Assembly (NCBI GenBank): GCA_902615855.1
Contig: CACMQN010000006.1
Span: 6,208 to 70,207 of the forward strand
Direction of reading: 5' to 3'
DNA: 64,000 bases
DNA from: an uncultured Candidatus Actinomarina sp.
Lineage (GTDB): Bacteria; Actinomycetota; Acidimicrobiia; Actinomarinales; Actinomarinaceae
This document shows positions 52,523-62,559 of the stretch, in pieces. How positions within the stretch are numbered: position 1 is the stretch's first letter; each line of letters opens with the position of its first letter. The position numbers were made by a program, and so were the translations under genes. The notes under the pieces were generated by a model. The model searched no databases, was not told the DNA's origin, and saw nothing but the letters and a program-made list of their open reading frames with translations.

Positions 52523-52740
52523 CGATATTTATCAAAAAAACCTTTTCTATACGCGTAATAAGTAACTGCACTTAAGACTATCCCAGAAAAGAATGGAGGG
52601 ATTCTTACTAGAAATAATATAAATGCAATACCAGCAATTGTATAGTCAACGTATCTCCAAAACTTATTCGATAATTTAGGTAGTAGATTAAACAGCCTAA
52701 GTACAAGAATTACTGCAACAAAGACAATTAGATAATACAT
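52519..52740 (-). CDS. Small membrane protein (2 TM)
   Basis: 73-aa hydrophobic ORF. Confidence 0.4.
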   Translation of the reverse strand: MYYLIVFVAVILVLRLFNLLPKLSNKFWRYVDYTIAGIAFILFLVRIPPFFSGIVLSAVTYYAYRKGFFDKYR

Positions 52741-52780
52741 AGTATAAATTAAAGCACTTCAGGAATTACAATCAAATTAC

Positions 52781-53626
52781 ATGGATAAGGTTGTTGTAAT
52801 CACCGGTGCAAATTCAGGAATTGGATATGCAGCTGCAAAAATATACGAAAGCAAAGGGTATTTTGTAGTTTTGGGTTGTAGGAATCAAGAAAAAGGAATA
52901 GCTGCTGAAAAAGAGATTGGTAAAAATTCAAAATTTATAAAACTGGATATGACCGACTATGAAAGTATTGATAATTTTTACAATAACCTAACCAGTAATT
53001 TTAAAAATATTGATATTTTTTATAGCAACGCTGGAATAATGTATGTTCCTTTTTCAAAAACTAAAGAAGGGCTTGAATCCACACTGGCGACAAACTATTT
53101 TGGCTCAACTTACTTAACTTTAATGATGTTGGATCTAATGAAGAATGTCGCGAGCTCTAGAATTGTTCAAATTTCAAGTATCGCAATGTATTTTATAAAG
53201 GAGATGAGATACGAGAGGCTAGAAGATGAGTCCATATATAGTCCCTGGACTTGGTACAACTATTCAAACCTATATAGAACAATGTTTTCATTTGAACTCG
53301 ATAAAAAAATAACAAATTTTGAAACAGATGTTGTAGTTGCTCACCCAGGGGTTACTAGATCAAGACTATACAGAAGGAGTAATCCAAGCTTGAGCTATAA
53401 AATAATCGATAAATTTAAGACAAACGTATCTACAGGAGTAGCTCCTGTGATTGAAGCAAGCACAGCAGCTGAATTAGAAAAAGAAAGAGTTTATGCTCCA
53501 AAAATAATTCATCAATATGGAAAACCTTCAACATATAAAGCAAACAAACTTGCCTATAACCTTCAAGAGAGAGAAACATTATGGAACTATACTTTAGATA
53601 AAATTGGGATGAAAGATATCTTGTGA
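52781..53626 (+). CDS. Short-chain dehydrogenase/reductase
   Basis: VVITGANSGIGYAAA (TGxxxGxG) and NAG motif. Confidence 0.8.
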   Translation: MDKVVVITGANSGIGYAAAKIYESKGYFVVLGCRNQEKGIAAEKEIGKNSKFIKLDMTDYESIDNFYNNLTSNFKNIDIFYSNAGIMYVPFSKTKEGLESTLATNYFGSTYLTLMMLDLMKNVASSRIVQISSIAMYFIKEMRYERLEDESIYSPWTWYNYSNLYRTMFSFELDKKITNFETDVVVAHPGVTRSRLYRRSNPSLSYKIIDKFKTNVSTGVAPVIEASTAAELEKERVYAPKIIHQYGKPSTYKANKLAYNLQERETLWNYTLDKIGMKDIL

Positions 53627-53928
53627 TAATAATTCAAACAACAATTGGATCAGAAGAGGACGCAAGAGAGTTAACAAATTATCTTGTCAACAAACAACTT
53701 ATTGCATGTGGGACCTTTACCAAAATTCAATCCATTTACAAATGGGAAGGGAAAATCCAACAAGAATCTGAATATGAAATTAATCTTTACTCAAAAGAGT
53801 CACTACATGATCAGTTGATTGAAACATTACAAGAAAAGCACACTTATGAACTTCCAAAGATTACTACGATAAAACCCACTTATACTTTGCCTGAATATGA
53901 TGATTGGGTAAATAAAGAAACTATTTAA
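53623..53928 (+). CDS. cutA: Divalent-cation tolerance protein CutA
   Basis: GTG start. LIACGTFTKIQSIYKWEGKIQQESEYEINLYSK...HTYELP matches the CutA1 pattern. Confidence 0.7.
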   Translation: MIIIQTTIGSEEDARELTNYLVNKQLIACGTFTKIQSIYKWEGKIQQESEYEINLYSKESLHDQLIETLQEKHTYELPKITTIKPTYTLPEYDDWVNKETI

Positions 53929-54407
53929 TTATTGTCTCGAAGATATCCAAAAATACTATATTCATCAAGATTTATACTTCTTTCGTTATTTTTATCCAAA
54001 GCAGCAACTATTTGAGCTCTATGTTCTGTAGCGTGAAATATCATCATAGATAATATAACCGAGACTTTTCCAGAACTTTCTCCCTTTGACGTTTCAAACG
54101 TAACCTCTTCATCTTCTCTGTAAGACTGTTCAATTAAATCTTTATCGATATTTTCAAGTGCATCGATTAGATCATCAATTAAATCTGGACTCTCCATATC
54201 AAATTCAATTTTAGAAAATGGTTTTTCTTGCAGCCTTTGACTGTATAAATATGATGCTGTAACAATATGAACCATAATTGTTCTAACTGTCCATTCTTTA
54301 TCAATGACATAGTAATCCAGCACTTCCGGGTCAAGTTTTTTTATCTCTTTATAGATCTCTTGGTTTGCCCAAGCCATATGTTTTGTTAAAAGCTCAATGG
54401 AAATCAT
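53925..54407 (-). CDS. DinB-family (four-helix bundle, metal-binding) protein
   Basis: His triad context (MVHIVTASY..., IFHATEHRAQI). Confidence 0.55.
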   Translation of the reverse strand: MISIELLTKHMAWANQEIYKEIKKLDPEVLDYYVIDKEWTVRTIMVHIVTASYLYSQRLQEKPFSKIEFDMESPDLIDDLIDALENIDKDLIEQSYREDEEVTFETSKGESSGKVSVILSMMIFHATEHRAQIVAALDKNNERSINLDEYSIFGYLRDNN

Positions 54408-54700
54408 TCTGACTCAAGTCTATTTAATCTTATATGAATATCATCTATTTTTTTTGATAGTTCTTGAATGTCATCAACATTTTTTGCAGATCTTAGATAA
54501 CGATCATTCTGCCATTTTAAACCCCATTTTGTTAAACCTATGCTGAAGGCACCCAGGGGTACAACTACAAAAAGACCTGATAGCTCTCTACTAAATGCTA
54601 CTCCTAAAAACATAAATCCAAAAAGTAAGTACATGAATGACATAATTACTTTTTCCATTGTTCTTGTAATTTTTTTCTCTTTCGTTTCTTCAGAAGTCAT
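54404..54700 (-). CDS. Small membrane protein (2 TM) with a C-terminal coiled-coil
   Basis: 98-aa ORF with a 4-nt overlap with the DinB-like gene. Confidence 0.45.
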   Translation of the reverse strand: MTSEETKEKKITRTMEKVIMSFMYLLFGFMFLGVAFSRELSGLFVVVPLGAFSIGLTKWGLKWQNDRYLRSAKNVDDIQELSKKIDDIHIRLNRLESE

Positions 54701-54733
54701 ACTTAAAGAATACCTGTGATTTAAAATAGAATC

Positions 54734-55138
54734 ATGAAAATTATTGTCCTCTGTACGGGAAACTCCTGTAGATCTCAGATTGCTGAAGGATTACTAAAAT
54801 CAAAATATCCAGATTACGAAATACATTCAGCTGGAACAAAACCAGAGTTAAACGTCAACCCTTATGCAATAAGAGCCATGAAAGATGCAAACATTGATAT
54901 ATCTAACAACTATCCAAAATTGGTGGATGATTTTGTTGATCAAGAGTTCGATTATGTACTTACCGTCTGTGATTCTGCAAATGAAATTTGTCCAACGTTT
55001 CACAATGCAAAAAATAAAATACATAACTCTTTTGAGGACCCAAGCCAAGACTCATATGAATCAGACGAGCATGCTATGGAAATATATAATCAAACTGTCA
55101 AAGATATAAGTAATTGGATTGAACAATTAGATTTTTAA
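54734..55138 (+). CDS. arsC: Arsenate reductase, thioredoxin-coupled LMW-PTP type
   Basis: P-loop CTGNSCRS, plus the Cys pair in VCDSANEICP (C-x6-C, like the pI258 ArsC Cys82/Cys89 arrangement). Confidence 0.75.
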   Translation: MKIIVLCTGNSCRSQIAEGLLKSKYPDYEIHSAGTKPELNVNPYAIRAMKDANIDISNNYPKLVDDFVDQEFDYVLTVCDSANEICPTFHNAKNKIHNSFEDPSQDSYESDEHAMEIYNQTVKDISNWIEQLDF

Positions 55139-56106
55139 TTTAAGTAGTACTCAGTTCTATAAAGCTTAAAAAATGAAAAGGTTGCAGCCGAACATAGTAA
55201 ATGCCATATCATATGGGCTTGTAACCATGAGTCGGGATTGCACCAAGGATGATCTGGAACTCCTGTTTCCCATATAAGTAAGGCACCAAAGAAGGAGAGA
55301 AATCCTAAGAAAAACCAAGGAGAGTACTTTATTTCAGATGGTTTATTTAATTTTGGAATTAATGCGGGAGCAAAATAAAGTAGCATTTCCCAATTATTCT
55401 GGAAGTTTTGAAAAGACTCTATTACAGGACTTCCAAAAAGTTGCTGAATTACTAATACTGAAATACCTGAACTAATTCTTCCATAAATGTTTGGAAACTT
55501 TACAACTATTTCAGTAGCTATCCAAAGCCCAATACTCAATTCGAACAAACTTATTCCAACCCCAAATCCTCCATTCAAAAACCATGAATCAAAGGCATAT
55601 ACTGTAACTAGTAAAAAGTAAAGAACAAGATACACTCTTGTTGAAAAACCAATAAGTTTTTTTAGGTTGTAAATCCATAAGATAACTATGTACATAATCA
55701 TTGATAAATTATCAAGCCATGCACCAAATTCAGTATTCGTTCCATGCATTGCCATTGAACCCGGTCCAAGAAAAGTTGAAGCCCCGGCATATATGACTGC
55801 AATACTTGAAGAGCTAAACATAGTAATTCCGTTGTCAGAAGTTGCATCTTGAGACAATTTATAGAACATATAAAGACCAACAATTACAAATCCCAAATTT
55901 CCTAATGTATTTGAAGGTTCTCTAAGTAAACCATCGCTTACCCGCTCACACCATCTAGAAACTTCCCCTATAGCATTTTCATTTGAAGCTCTATCACCCC
56001 AGCCATCTAAACCAAACAGAATATAAATAGTAAAAAATCCTAAGACAGAATAGATCGCAACTTTTAAAGGAAAATAATTTTTAAGGTTATTTTTTAGATT
56101 CATCAA
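55135..56106 (-). CDS. Alkaline-ceramidase-like (PAQR-fold) 7-TM zinc hydrolase
   Basis: N-terminal GWGDRAS...WCERVSDGLLREPSNTLGNLGF resembles the ceramidase WCE...E..NT.SN signature. His ligand candidates MAMHGT and HMIWH (HxxxH). Confidence 0.45.
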   Translation of the reverse strand: MMNLKNNLKNYFPLKVAIYSVLGFFTIYILFGLDGWGDRASNENAIGEVSRWCERVSDGLLREPSNTLGNLGFVIVGLYMFYKLSQDATSDNGITMFSSSSIAVIYAGASTFLGPGSMAMHGTNTEFGAWLDNLSMIMYIVILWIYNLKKLIGFSTRVYLVLYFLLVTVYAFDSWFLNGGFGVGISLFELSIGLWIATEIVVKFPNIYGRISSGISVLVIQQLFGSPVIESFQNFQNNWEMLLYFAPALIPKLNKPSEIKYSPWFFLGFLSFFGALLIWETGVPDHPWCNPDSWLQAHMIWHLLCSAATFSFFKLYRTEYYLN

Positions 56107-57274
56107 GAGATTTTACTGACGCAGTCAATGATCTATCCATATCTGATATTAGATCCTCAATATTCTCAAGACCTACAGATATTCTTATTAAATCATTTGG
56201 TGCTTCAGCATCTGTTCCAGCCGCTGAATCATGTGTCATTAACGAAGGTACTTCAATTAATGACTCTACACCACCTAAACTTACAGCCAATTTATACAAA
56301 TCTAAATTAGAGAACAATTTTTGATCGTCTATATGATCCCCTGTATAAAAACTAAGCATTCCACCAAAATAATCCATTTGCTTTACAGCAATCTCGTGGT
56401 TTTTAAAATTTGTCAAACCTGGATACTTGACTTCTTTAATGTGTTCAGAATTTGATAAATATTCTGCAAGTTGATGAGCATTTTTTGAATGCATTTGTAT
56501 TCTTGGTCCAAGAGTATACAAACCTCTTTGAGCAAGATATGCGTCAAATGGTGACATTACTGCACCACTTGCTTTTTGTACTAAATGTAAATATTCATGT
56601 ACTTCAGAATTATTCGTTACGACAACTCCTCCAAGCGTGTCGCTATGTCCTCCAATATATTTAGTTGTAGAGTGCATAATAATATCGACGCCATGTTCAA
56701 ATGGTCTTGTAATAAATGGTGTGGAGAAAGTACTATCAGCAACTAAAAGTGAATTTTTTTCGTGTATTATTTTTGCAATTGATGACATGTCATAAAGGTT
56801 TATATTTGGATTGGAAGGAGATTCTATCCAAACAAGCTTTGTATTCTCATTAATCAAAGATTTTAATTTATTTGTATCATTGAAATTACAAAAATTTACT
56901 TCTATACCCCGTTTTGTAGCAATCTGTGTAAAAAATCTTGTTGTACCACCATAAACTTCATCGGTAATTACAACATTTTCTCCTGGTTTGATCAACTCTG
57001 CAATCATTGTTACGCAGGCCATTCCTGAAGCCATTGCAAAACCATGTAACTTTTCATGATCATCCACGCCCTCCAAAGAAGCCATTGTTCTTTCAAATAT
57101 TTCTCTAGTAGGATTATTCATTCTTCCATAAAAATATTCTGATTCACCTGGTTTAGTATTTTCAAACGTTGTAGACATGTGCAATGGAGGCATCACATCT
57201 CCGGTTGGCAATTTAAATTTTTTATGTGTGTGGATAGCTCGAGTATTTATTCCATATTTTTTTGATTTATCCAT
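56087..57274 (-). CDS. Cys/Met-metabolism PLP enzyme (cystathionine gamma-synthase / beta- or gamma-lyase family)
   Basis: PLP lysine motif HSTTKYIGGHSD. Family-typical N-terminus. Confidence 0.85.
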   Translation of the reverse strand: MDKSKKYGINTRAIHTHKKFKLPTGDVMPPLHMSTTFENTKPGESEYFYGRMNNPTREIFERTMASLEGVDDHEKLHGFAMASGMACVTMIAELIKPGENVVITDEVYGGTTRFFTQIATKRGIEVNFCNFNDTNKLKSLINENTKLVWIESPSNPNINLYDMSSIAKIIHEKNSLLVADSTFSTPFITRPFEHGVDIIMHSTTKYIGGHSDTLGGVVVTNNSEVHEYLHLVQKASGAVMSPFDAYLAQRGLYTLGPRIQMHSKNAHQLAEYLSNSEHIKEVKYPGLTNFKNHEIAVKQMDYFGGMLSFYTGDHIDDQKLFSNLDLYKLAVSLGGVESLIEVPSLMTHDSAAGTDAEAPNDLIRISVGLENIEDLISDMDRSLTASVKSLDESKK

Positions 57275-57366
57275 AAAAAGAGTCTAAATAGATTATTTTT
57301 ATTAATCCAAAAAATTTCGTTTACTTTTAACTTGATACTTTTGGAATGCTGTCTTAATTTACTAAT

Positions 57367-57792
57367 ATGATTAAAAAAATATATATTGCAGGACCATTAT
57401 TTAATCTTCATGAACAAAAATACTTAGAAGATATTGCCAAAGTATTAGAGGAAGATGGTTATGTTTGTTTCCTTCCTCATAGAGACCAAACCGGAATAGA
57501 CAAATCAGAGCTCAAAGGGACAGAAATGAAACAATCTACCAAAGATAGAATATTTCAAAATGATTTGGAAGCACTAGAAGATTCCGACCTAACAATTGCA
57601 CTTGTAACTGGACAAGATATTGATTCTGGAACTGCATCAGAAATAGGCTATACATTTGCTAATAAAAAGCCAGTTATAGCAATAAATGCAAATGAAAGAA
57701 GATACAGAAACTTATTTGTTGAGGGAATGATCTCACAAACGGTGAATAATATAGATGAATTAATTCCTATAATCAAAAAAATAAATAATTAA
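57367..57792 (+). CDS. Nucleoside 2-deoxyribosyltransferase family protein
   Basis: IYIAGPLFN and DSGTASEIGYTFANKKPV motifs. Confidence 0.7.
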   Translation: MIKKIYIAGPLFNLHEQKYLEDIAKVLEEDGYVCFLPHRDQTGIDKSELKGTEMKQSTKDRIFQNDLEALEDSDLTIALVTGQDIDSGTASEIGYTFANKKPVIAINANERRYRNLFVEGMISQTVNNIDELIPIIKKINN

Positions 57793-58988
57793 ATTCTGAC
57801 TAGGATTTTTTTAAAGCCTCTAATACCAAAAGCACCTGTCCTTTCAGGATCATCCAAAAGATCAATTTCATGTTGAAATAAGTTACCAAACGAAACTTCT
57901 AATTCTAATCGTGCAAGATGAGCACCAAGACAGAAATGAACCCCACCACCAAAACTTGTATGATTTAAATTTTTTCTTTCAAAATTAATTTTTTCAGGTG
58001 AATTGTAAACTTTTCTATCCCTATTTGCTGAACCCAAAAGAATTGCTATTTTGGAGTTTTTTTCTAATTTATATCCAGCAAGTTCTGTATCTTCCAGAAC
58101 CCATCTTTGAAAAAATTGTAAAGGACTGTCCCATCTAATTAGTTCTTCGATAATATCTTTTACATCAAATTTTTGATTTAGATTTTTAGTTTTTATGTTG
58201 TTTCTATTCAACGCGACGATGGAGTTACCTATTGTATTGACGGTAGCTTCGTGACCGGCATTCAACAAAAGAATAACAGTACATATTATCTGATCTTTTG
58301 TTAATTTTTGATTATTTTCTGTTACTTGTGAAAGTCTTGAAATCATATCATTTTTAGGTTGTAACTTCTTTTCATCAATTAGATTGCTGATGTAGTAGTA
58401 AAATTCTTTAGCAGCCTGTTCAGCTTCAAGAGCGTCATCTGAACTTACATTGAGATCATACATCTTAACTATACAATTCGACCAGTATAGAAAATTATCA
58501 TATTGGTCTTCAGGAACTCCCAGTAGCTCTCCTATGACAGATATGGAATATGGTTGTGCATAATCTTTCAATAAATCAAATCTATCTTTATTTAATGTAT
58601 TTAAAAGCTCCTTTGATTTTTTTTCCATAAATGGTCGTAGCTCCTGGACTTGTCTATTTAAGAAAGCTTTAGCTACAAGGCCTCTTAGGTCTCCATGTAA
58701 TTGACCTTCTAAATTCAATAAAGAAAATTCTTCAGTTCTCCAAAAGTATTCATAGTTATCTTTATCGGAACCTTCTTTATCAGACATCATGACATCTTTA
58801 GGGTCAGAAGATGAAAATAATTTGCTAGTTTGAACATGCTTTACATCATCAAATCTAGGGATAAGTGTCAAATTGCTATTTGTATCAATATGTAATGGCG
58901 AGGCCTCTCTTAAATCACTTAAGTATGGATATGGATCGTGAATAAAATTTTTGTCGTTATTTGGAAAATTTATCTCTGGTATTTTCAT
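57789..58988 (-). CDS. Cytochrome P450 (CYP, bacterial class I-like)
   Basis: Heme loop FGGGVHFCLGAHLAR, I-helix LLLNAGHEATV, EELIR (ExxR). Confidence 0.9.
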   Translation of the reverse strand: MKIPEINFPNNDKNFIHDPYPYLSDLREASPLHIDTNSNLTLIPRFDDVKHVQTSKLFSSSDPKDVMMSDKEGSDKDNYEYFWRTEEFSLLNLEGQLHGDLRGLVAKAFLNRQVQELRPFMEKKSKELLNTLNKDRFDLLKDYAQPYSISVIGELLGVPEDQYDNFLYWSNCIVKMYDLNVSSDDALEAEQAAKEFYYYISNLIDEKKLQPKNDMISRLSQVTENNQKLTKDQIICTVILLLNAGHEATVNTIGNSIVALNRNNIKTKNLNQKFDVKDIIEELIRWDSPLQFFQRWVLEDTELAGYKLEKNSKIAILLGSANRDRKVYNSPEKINFERKNLNHTSFGGGVHFCLGAHLARLELEVSFGNLFQHEIDLLDDPERTGAFGIRGFKKILVRI

Positions 58989-59077
58989 ATTTCCAAAGTA
59001 TCAGTTTTTAGAAGATTTTCTACATATTTATAAAAAAGTTCGTGATTAATTTATTAAGGCTTGATATCATCAAATTT

Positions 59078-59842
59078 ATGTCTGAGAAAAAATCAATGCT
59101 CGATGGTGAAAGACAGTATCATATACAATTAAAAGAGGGAGATATTGCAGATTTTGTGATACTTCCTGGAGATCCAGGTCGAGTTGATTTTATAGCTGAG
59201 CAATTCGAAGACGCTAAAGAAATAGCATTTAATAGAGAATATAAAACTATTACTGGAACTTATAAGGGCAGACCAGTAAGTGTTACTTCAACAGGTATTG
59301 GATGTCCATCAGCAGCAATAGCTATCGAAGAATTAGCAAATATTGGTGCAAAGACCTTAATTCGGCTTGGAACCTCTGGAGCAATGCAAGAACATACCAG
59401 GGTAGGTGACTTAGTAATTGCTAATGGTGCAGTTCGACAAGAAGGAACTTCATTACAATATATGCCAATAGAGTTTCCCGCTGTAGCAAGCTCTGATATG
59501 GTCTCAGCTTTAGAAAACTCAGCAAAAGAAAATGGAGCAAAATATCACATTGGTGTCGTACAGTCCAAAGATTCTTTTTATGGACAGCATGATCCTGAAT
59601 CAATGCCGGTATCTTATGAATTAAATCAAAAATGGGAAGCATGGGTCAAAGGAGGAGTTCTTTGCTCAGAAATGGAAGTCTCTACTTTATTTGTAGTTGG
59701 AAGCTATAGAAAATTAAGAACTGGCGCATTATTAGTAGTATACGGAGACCAAAATAGAAACGAATCACTAAACAAGGAAACATACCTAAACTCTGTTAAA
59801 AATGCGACAAAAATTATTCTTGAGTCTAGTTTGAATGTATAG
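59078..59842 (+). CDS. udp: Uridine phosphorylase (PNP/UDP-1 family)
   Basis: LPGDPGRVDFIA, STGIGCPSAAIAIEEL, RLGTSGA, SEMEVSTLF. The ORF is open from a GTG at 59042, but ATG 59078 (MSEKKSML) is likelier. Confidence 0.8.
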   Translation: MSEKKSMLDGERQYHIQLKEGDIADFVILPGDPGRVDFIAEQFEDAKEIAFNREYKTITGTYKGRPVSVTSTGIGCPSAAIAIEELANIGAKTLIRLGTSGAMQEHTRVGDLVIANGAVRQEGTSLQYMPIEFPAVASSDMVSALENSAKENGAKYHIGVVQSKDSFYGQHDPESMPVSYELNQKWEAWVKGGVLCSEMEVSTLFVVGSYRKLRTGALLVVYGDQNRNESLNKETYLNSVKNATKIILESSLNV

Positions 59843-59849
59843 TTAGATA

Positions 59850-60068
59850 ATGGATACTGGAAATTTAATTGCGTTTTTAAAGAAATTCAGCTTTGGTAGA
59901 TTAATTTTTTCAGGTATTTTACTCCGAATATCCGCCGCACTTATTGACGGTATTTTTGGGTTAGAAATAAATGAAACTCCAAATTTCAATATTTATATTT
60001 TTGTAATTGCACTAATTTATACTATTTTTTGGATGTTTAACAAAAGTTATTCAGAAGAGGACGAATAA
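59850..60068 (+). CDS. Small membrane protein (2 TM)
   Basis: 72-aa ORF. 22-nt convergent overlap with the ribokinase gene. Confidence 0.35.
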   Translation: MDTGNLIAFLKKFSFGRLIFSGILLRISAALIDGIFGLEINETPNFNIYIFVIALIYTIFWMFNKSYSEEDE

Positions 60069-60925
60069 GAAGACTGAGTTCCTTTTTTTGTCACAGATAA
60101 AGACGATTTTTCAATTGCTAATCTAATTGCTTCCTCTGGACTTTTTAACATACCTATTGCGTGAGCAAATGTTCCAACAAATGCATCACCTGCACCTGTT
60201 GTATCGACTACCTTAACTTTTGGTGCATCAAAATATTCTATTTTATCAGATTTAACATAGGCCGCACCTCTCTCACCGAGGGTAACAATTAGACCTCCCT
60301 TAATTTGACCATTAAATTTAATTAAGTTTTCCTCATTCAGATTTGTTTTACTTACGATTTCAAACTCAGTCTCATTTGGAATTAACCAATCAATATAATT
60401 TAAAAATTCTGAGTTCAAGTACTTACCTGGAGCAGGATTAAATATTGTTGTTATATTATTTTCTTTTGCAAATTTAAAAATTTCATTATTTATTTTCATA
60501 GGTATCTCACATTGTCCAACAATTACTGAAATATCTCCTACTTTTTGAATATCTAAAATTGCTTTTTCTGAATCTATTTTGCTATTTGCTCCTGGAATTA
60601 CGATTATTCTATTTTCTCCCTTTGAATCAACCCAAATTGGGGCAACTCCACTCGATCCTGAAACTCTTTGAACAAAATCAACATTTACTAGATGATTTTT
60701 ATAGTTTTCTAATGTTGCATCAGCAAATAAATCATCGCCTAAACATGTAATGATATAGGCATCTGAACCAAGTAGGCCAATCATGACAGCTTGGTTAGCT
60801 CCTTTTCCTCCAAATCCAGTCTCATACGATTCACCAAAAACAGTTTCACCATCTTTAGGCATATTTGAAGCATAAGAAAATTGATCAATATTAGAACTTC
60901 CAACAACAAATATTTTTGGATTCAT
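60047..60925 (-). CDS. rbsK: Ribokinase
   Basis: GGKGANQAV and DTTGAGDAFVG (PfkB signatures). Confidence 0.85.
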   Translation of the reverse strand: MNPKIFVVGSSNIDQFSYASNMPKDGETVFGESYETGFGGKGANQAVMIGLLGSDAYIITCLGDDLFADATLENYKNHLVNVDFVQRVSGSSGVAPIWVDSKGENRIIVIPGANSKIDSEKAILDIQKVGDISVIVGQCEIPMKINNEIFKFAKENNITTIFNPAPGKYLNSEFLNYIDWLIPNETEFEIVSKTNLNEENLIKFNGQIKGGLIVTLGERGAAYVKSDKIEYFDAPKVKVVDTTGAGDAFVGTFAHAIGMLKSPEEAIRLAIEKSSLSVTKKGTQSSYSSSSE

Positions 60926-60973
60926 AAAAAAATTATAAATTGGTCAGAAGGATATTTCTACTAGGATTTTGAC

Positions 60974-61567
60974 ATGAAAAAAATTTCAATATCTAAATTA
61001 ATTATGTTATTTATATTTATAAATATTTGTAACCAAAGCGAATCTATCTACTCAGGGACTTCTGAGAGTAAAATAAATGACTGCATCGCCCTAGCCGATG
61101 CTATCGAGGAGGTTTTTGATGAGATACAAATTCAGGCATACGAAAGCTCAATTTATAGATCTTATTCAAACATTGATCCAACAAAACTAGATTATGTTTA
61201 TGAAGCTTTGAGGATTAACAAAATTGGAATCGATGGTATTGAAAATATAAGAGATAAATATATAATAAACAGAACTTTTTTTGATAATCTTCTCACTGGT
61301 TTCTATAACAATTTTGAAGATTCCCGTACAGCTAATTTAGCAATGGAAGAACACTTATTGTCAATAAATAATCAGTGGACAATTCAAGATGAAGTAGATT
61401 GGTGGGAGGAAAATCAGGAATACAGTATTCGTAATTGGCGAACATCAGATGAATTCAAAGAATTAATGCTTACAAAGTCACAGAACACATTAAATCCAGA
61501 TCCAGATTTTGTTGTTAGTGATAGTTATCCAAAAAAAGTTCTTCGAAAATATTGTGATAGTTTGTGA
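60974..61567 (+). CDS. Secreted/lipoprotein of unknown function
   Basis: 197 aa. Signal peptide with FINIC lipobox-like cysteine. No recognisable domain. Confidence 0.5.
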   Translation: MKKISISKLIMLFIFINICNQSESIYSGTSESKINDCIALADAIEEVFDEIQIQAYESSIYRSYSNIDPTKLDYVYEALRINKIGIDGIENIRDKYIINRTFFDNLLTGFYNNFEDSRTANLAMEEHLLSINNQWTIQDEVDWWEENQEYSIRNWRTSDEFKELMLTKSQNTLNPDPDFVVSDSYPKKVLRKYCDSL

Positions 61568-61590
61568 TCTATTTGATAATCTGTAATTAA

Positions 61591-62559
61591 ATGACGACAA
61601 GAAAATTTTTTATTGATACTGACACTGCATCCGATGATGCTGTTGCCATCTTAATGGCTTTAGAATGGGAAAATGTTGATGTTTTAGGTATAAGCATCGT
61701 TTCTGGAAATATGCCCGTAGAACAAGGAAGTAAAAATGCTCGATATACTGTTGAGCTTTGTAACAAAACTACTCCTGTATACATTGGAGCAGACAAGCCA
61801 TTAGTTAAGAAAAGAGAACATGCAGATTGGTTTCATGGACCAGATGGAATGGGAGGTATGAATTATCCAGACCCAATATCAGAGGAGTCAGGAGAAAATT
61901 TCATCGAAGTTCTAGAAAATCATATTAGCTCTAATCCAAACGAAATTACGCTTGTAACACTTGGACCCCTCACAAATATTGCAAATTTCATTAAGCACAA
62001 CCTGCAGTCTTTTTTGGAATTAAAAGAAGTAATAATAATGGGAGGTGCAGCAAATACTGTTGGAAATGTTACACCAGCTGCTGAATACAACATCTGGTGT
62101 GATCCAGAGGCTGCAAAAATTGTATTTGACTCAGGACATAATAATATAACTATTGTTGGTTGGGAGCTTTGTCGTGGAGGAGCTAATCTTACAGAAGATG
62201 AAATGGATTTTATCTATTCATTTAAATCTGAAAAAGGTGATTTTGCTATAGATTGCAATAAACATGCTCTTGACTCAAGTAAAAATTGGTTAGGTGACCC
62301 TGGTTTAGGATTGCCAGATCCAGTAGCAATGGCAGTTGCATTGAATGAAAATGTCGTAAAAAAAGTTTCCAGACATTATGTTGATGTTGTATTGGATGGA
62401 CCTGCTAGGGGAATGACGATTGTTGATCAGCTGCATGTAGGAGAGAACGAACCTCATATAGACGAATGGTGGTCACGTACAGAAAGAAATATCAATGTTT
62501 GTTGGGAAATAGACAATAGTTTATGGAAAGAAACTCTTTATAAAACGCTAAGAGTTTAG
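61591..62559 (+). CDS. Inosine/uridine-preferring nucleoside hydrolase
   Basis: N-terminal aspartate cluster DTDTASDDAVAI. VTLGPLTNIA. Confidence 0.85.
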   Translation: MTTRKFFIDTDTASDDAVAILMALEWENVDVLGISIVSGNMPVEQGSKNARYTVELCNKTTPVYIGADKPLVKKREHADWFHGPDGMGGMNYPDPISEESGENFIEVLENHISSNPNEITLVTLGPLTNIANFIKHNLQSFLELKEVIIMGGAANTVGNVTPAAEYNIWCDPEAAKIVFDSGHNNITIVGWELCRGGANLTEDEMDFIYSFKSEKGDFAIDCNKHALDSSKNWLGDPGLGLPDPVAMAVALNENVVKKVSRHYVDVVLDGPARGMTIVDQLHVGENEPHIDEWWSRTERNINVCWEIDNSLWKETLYKTLRV

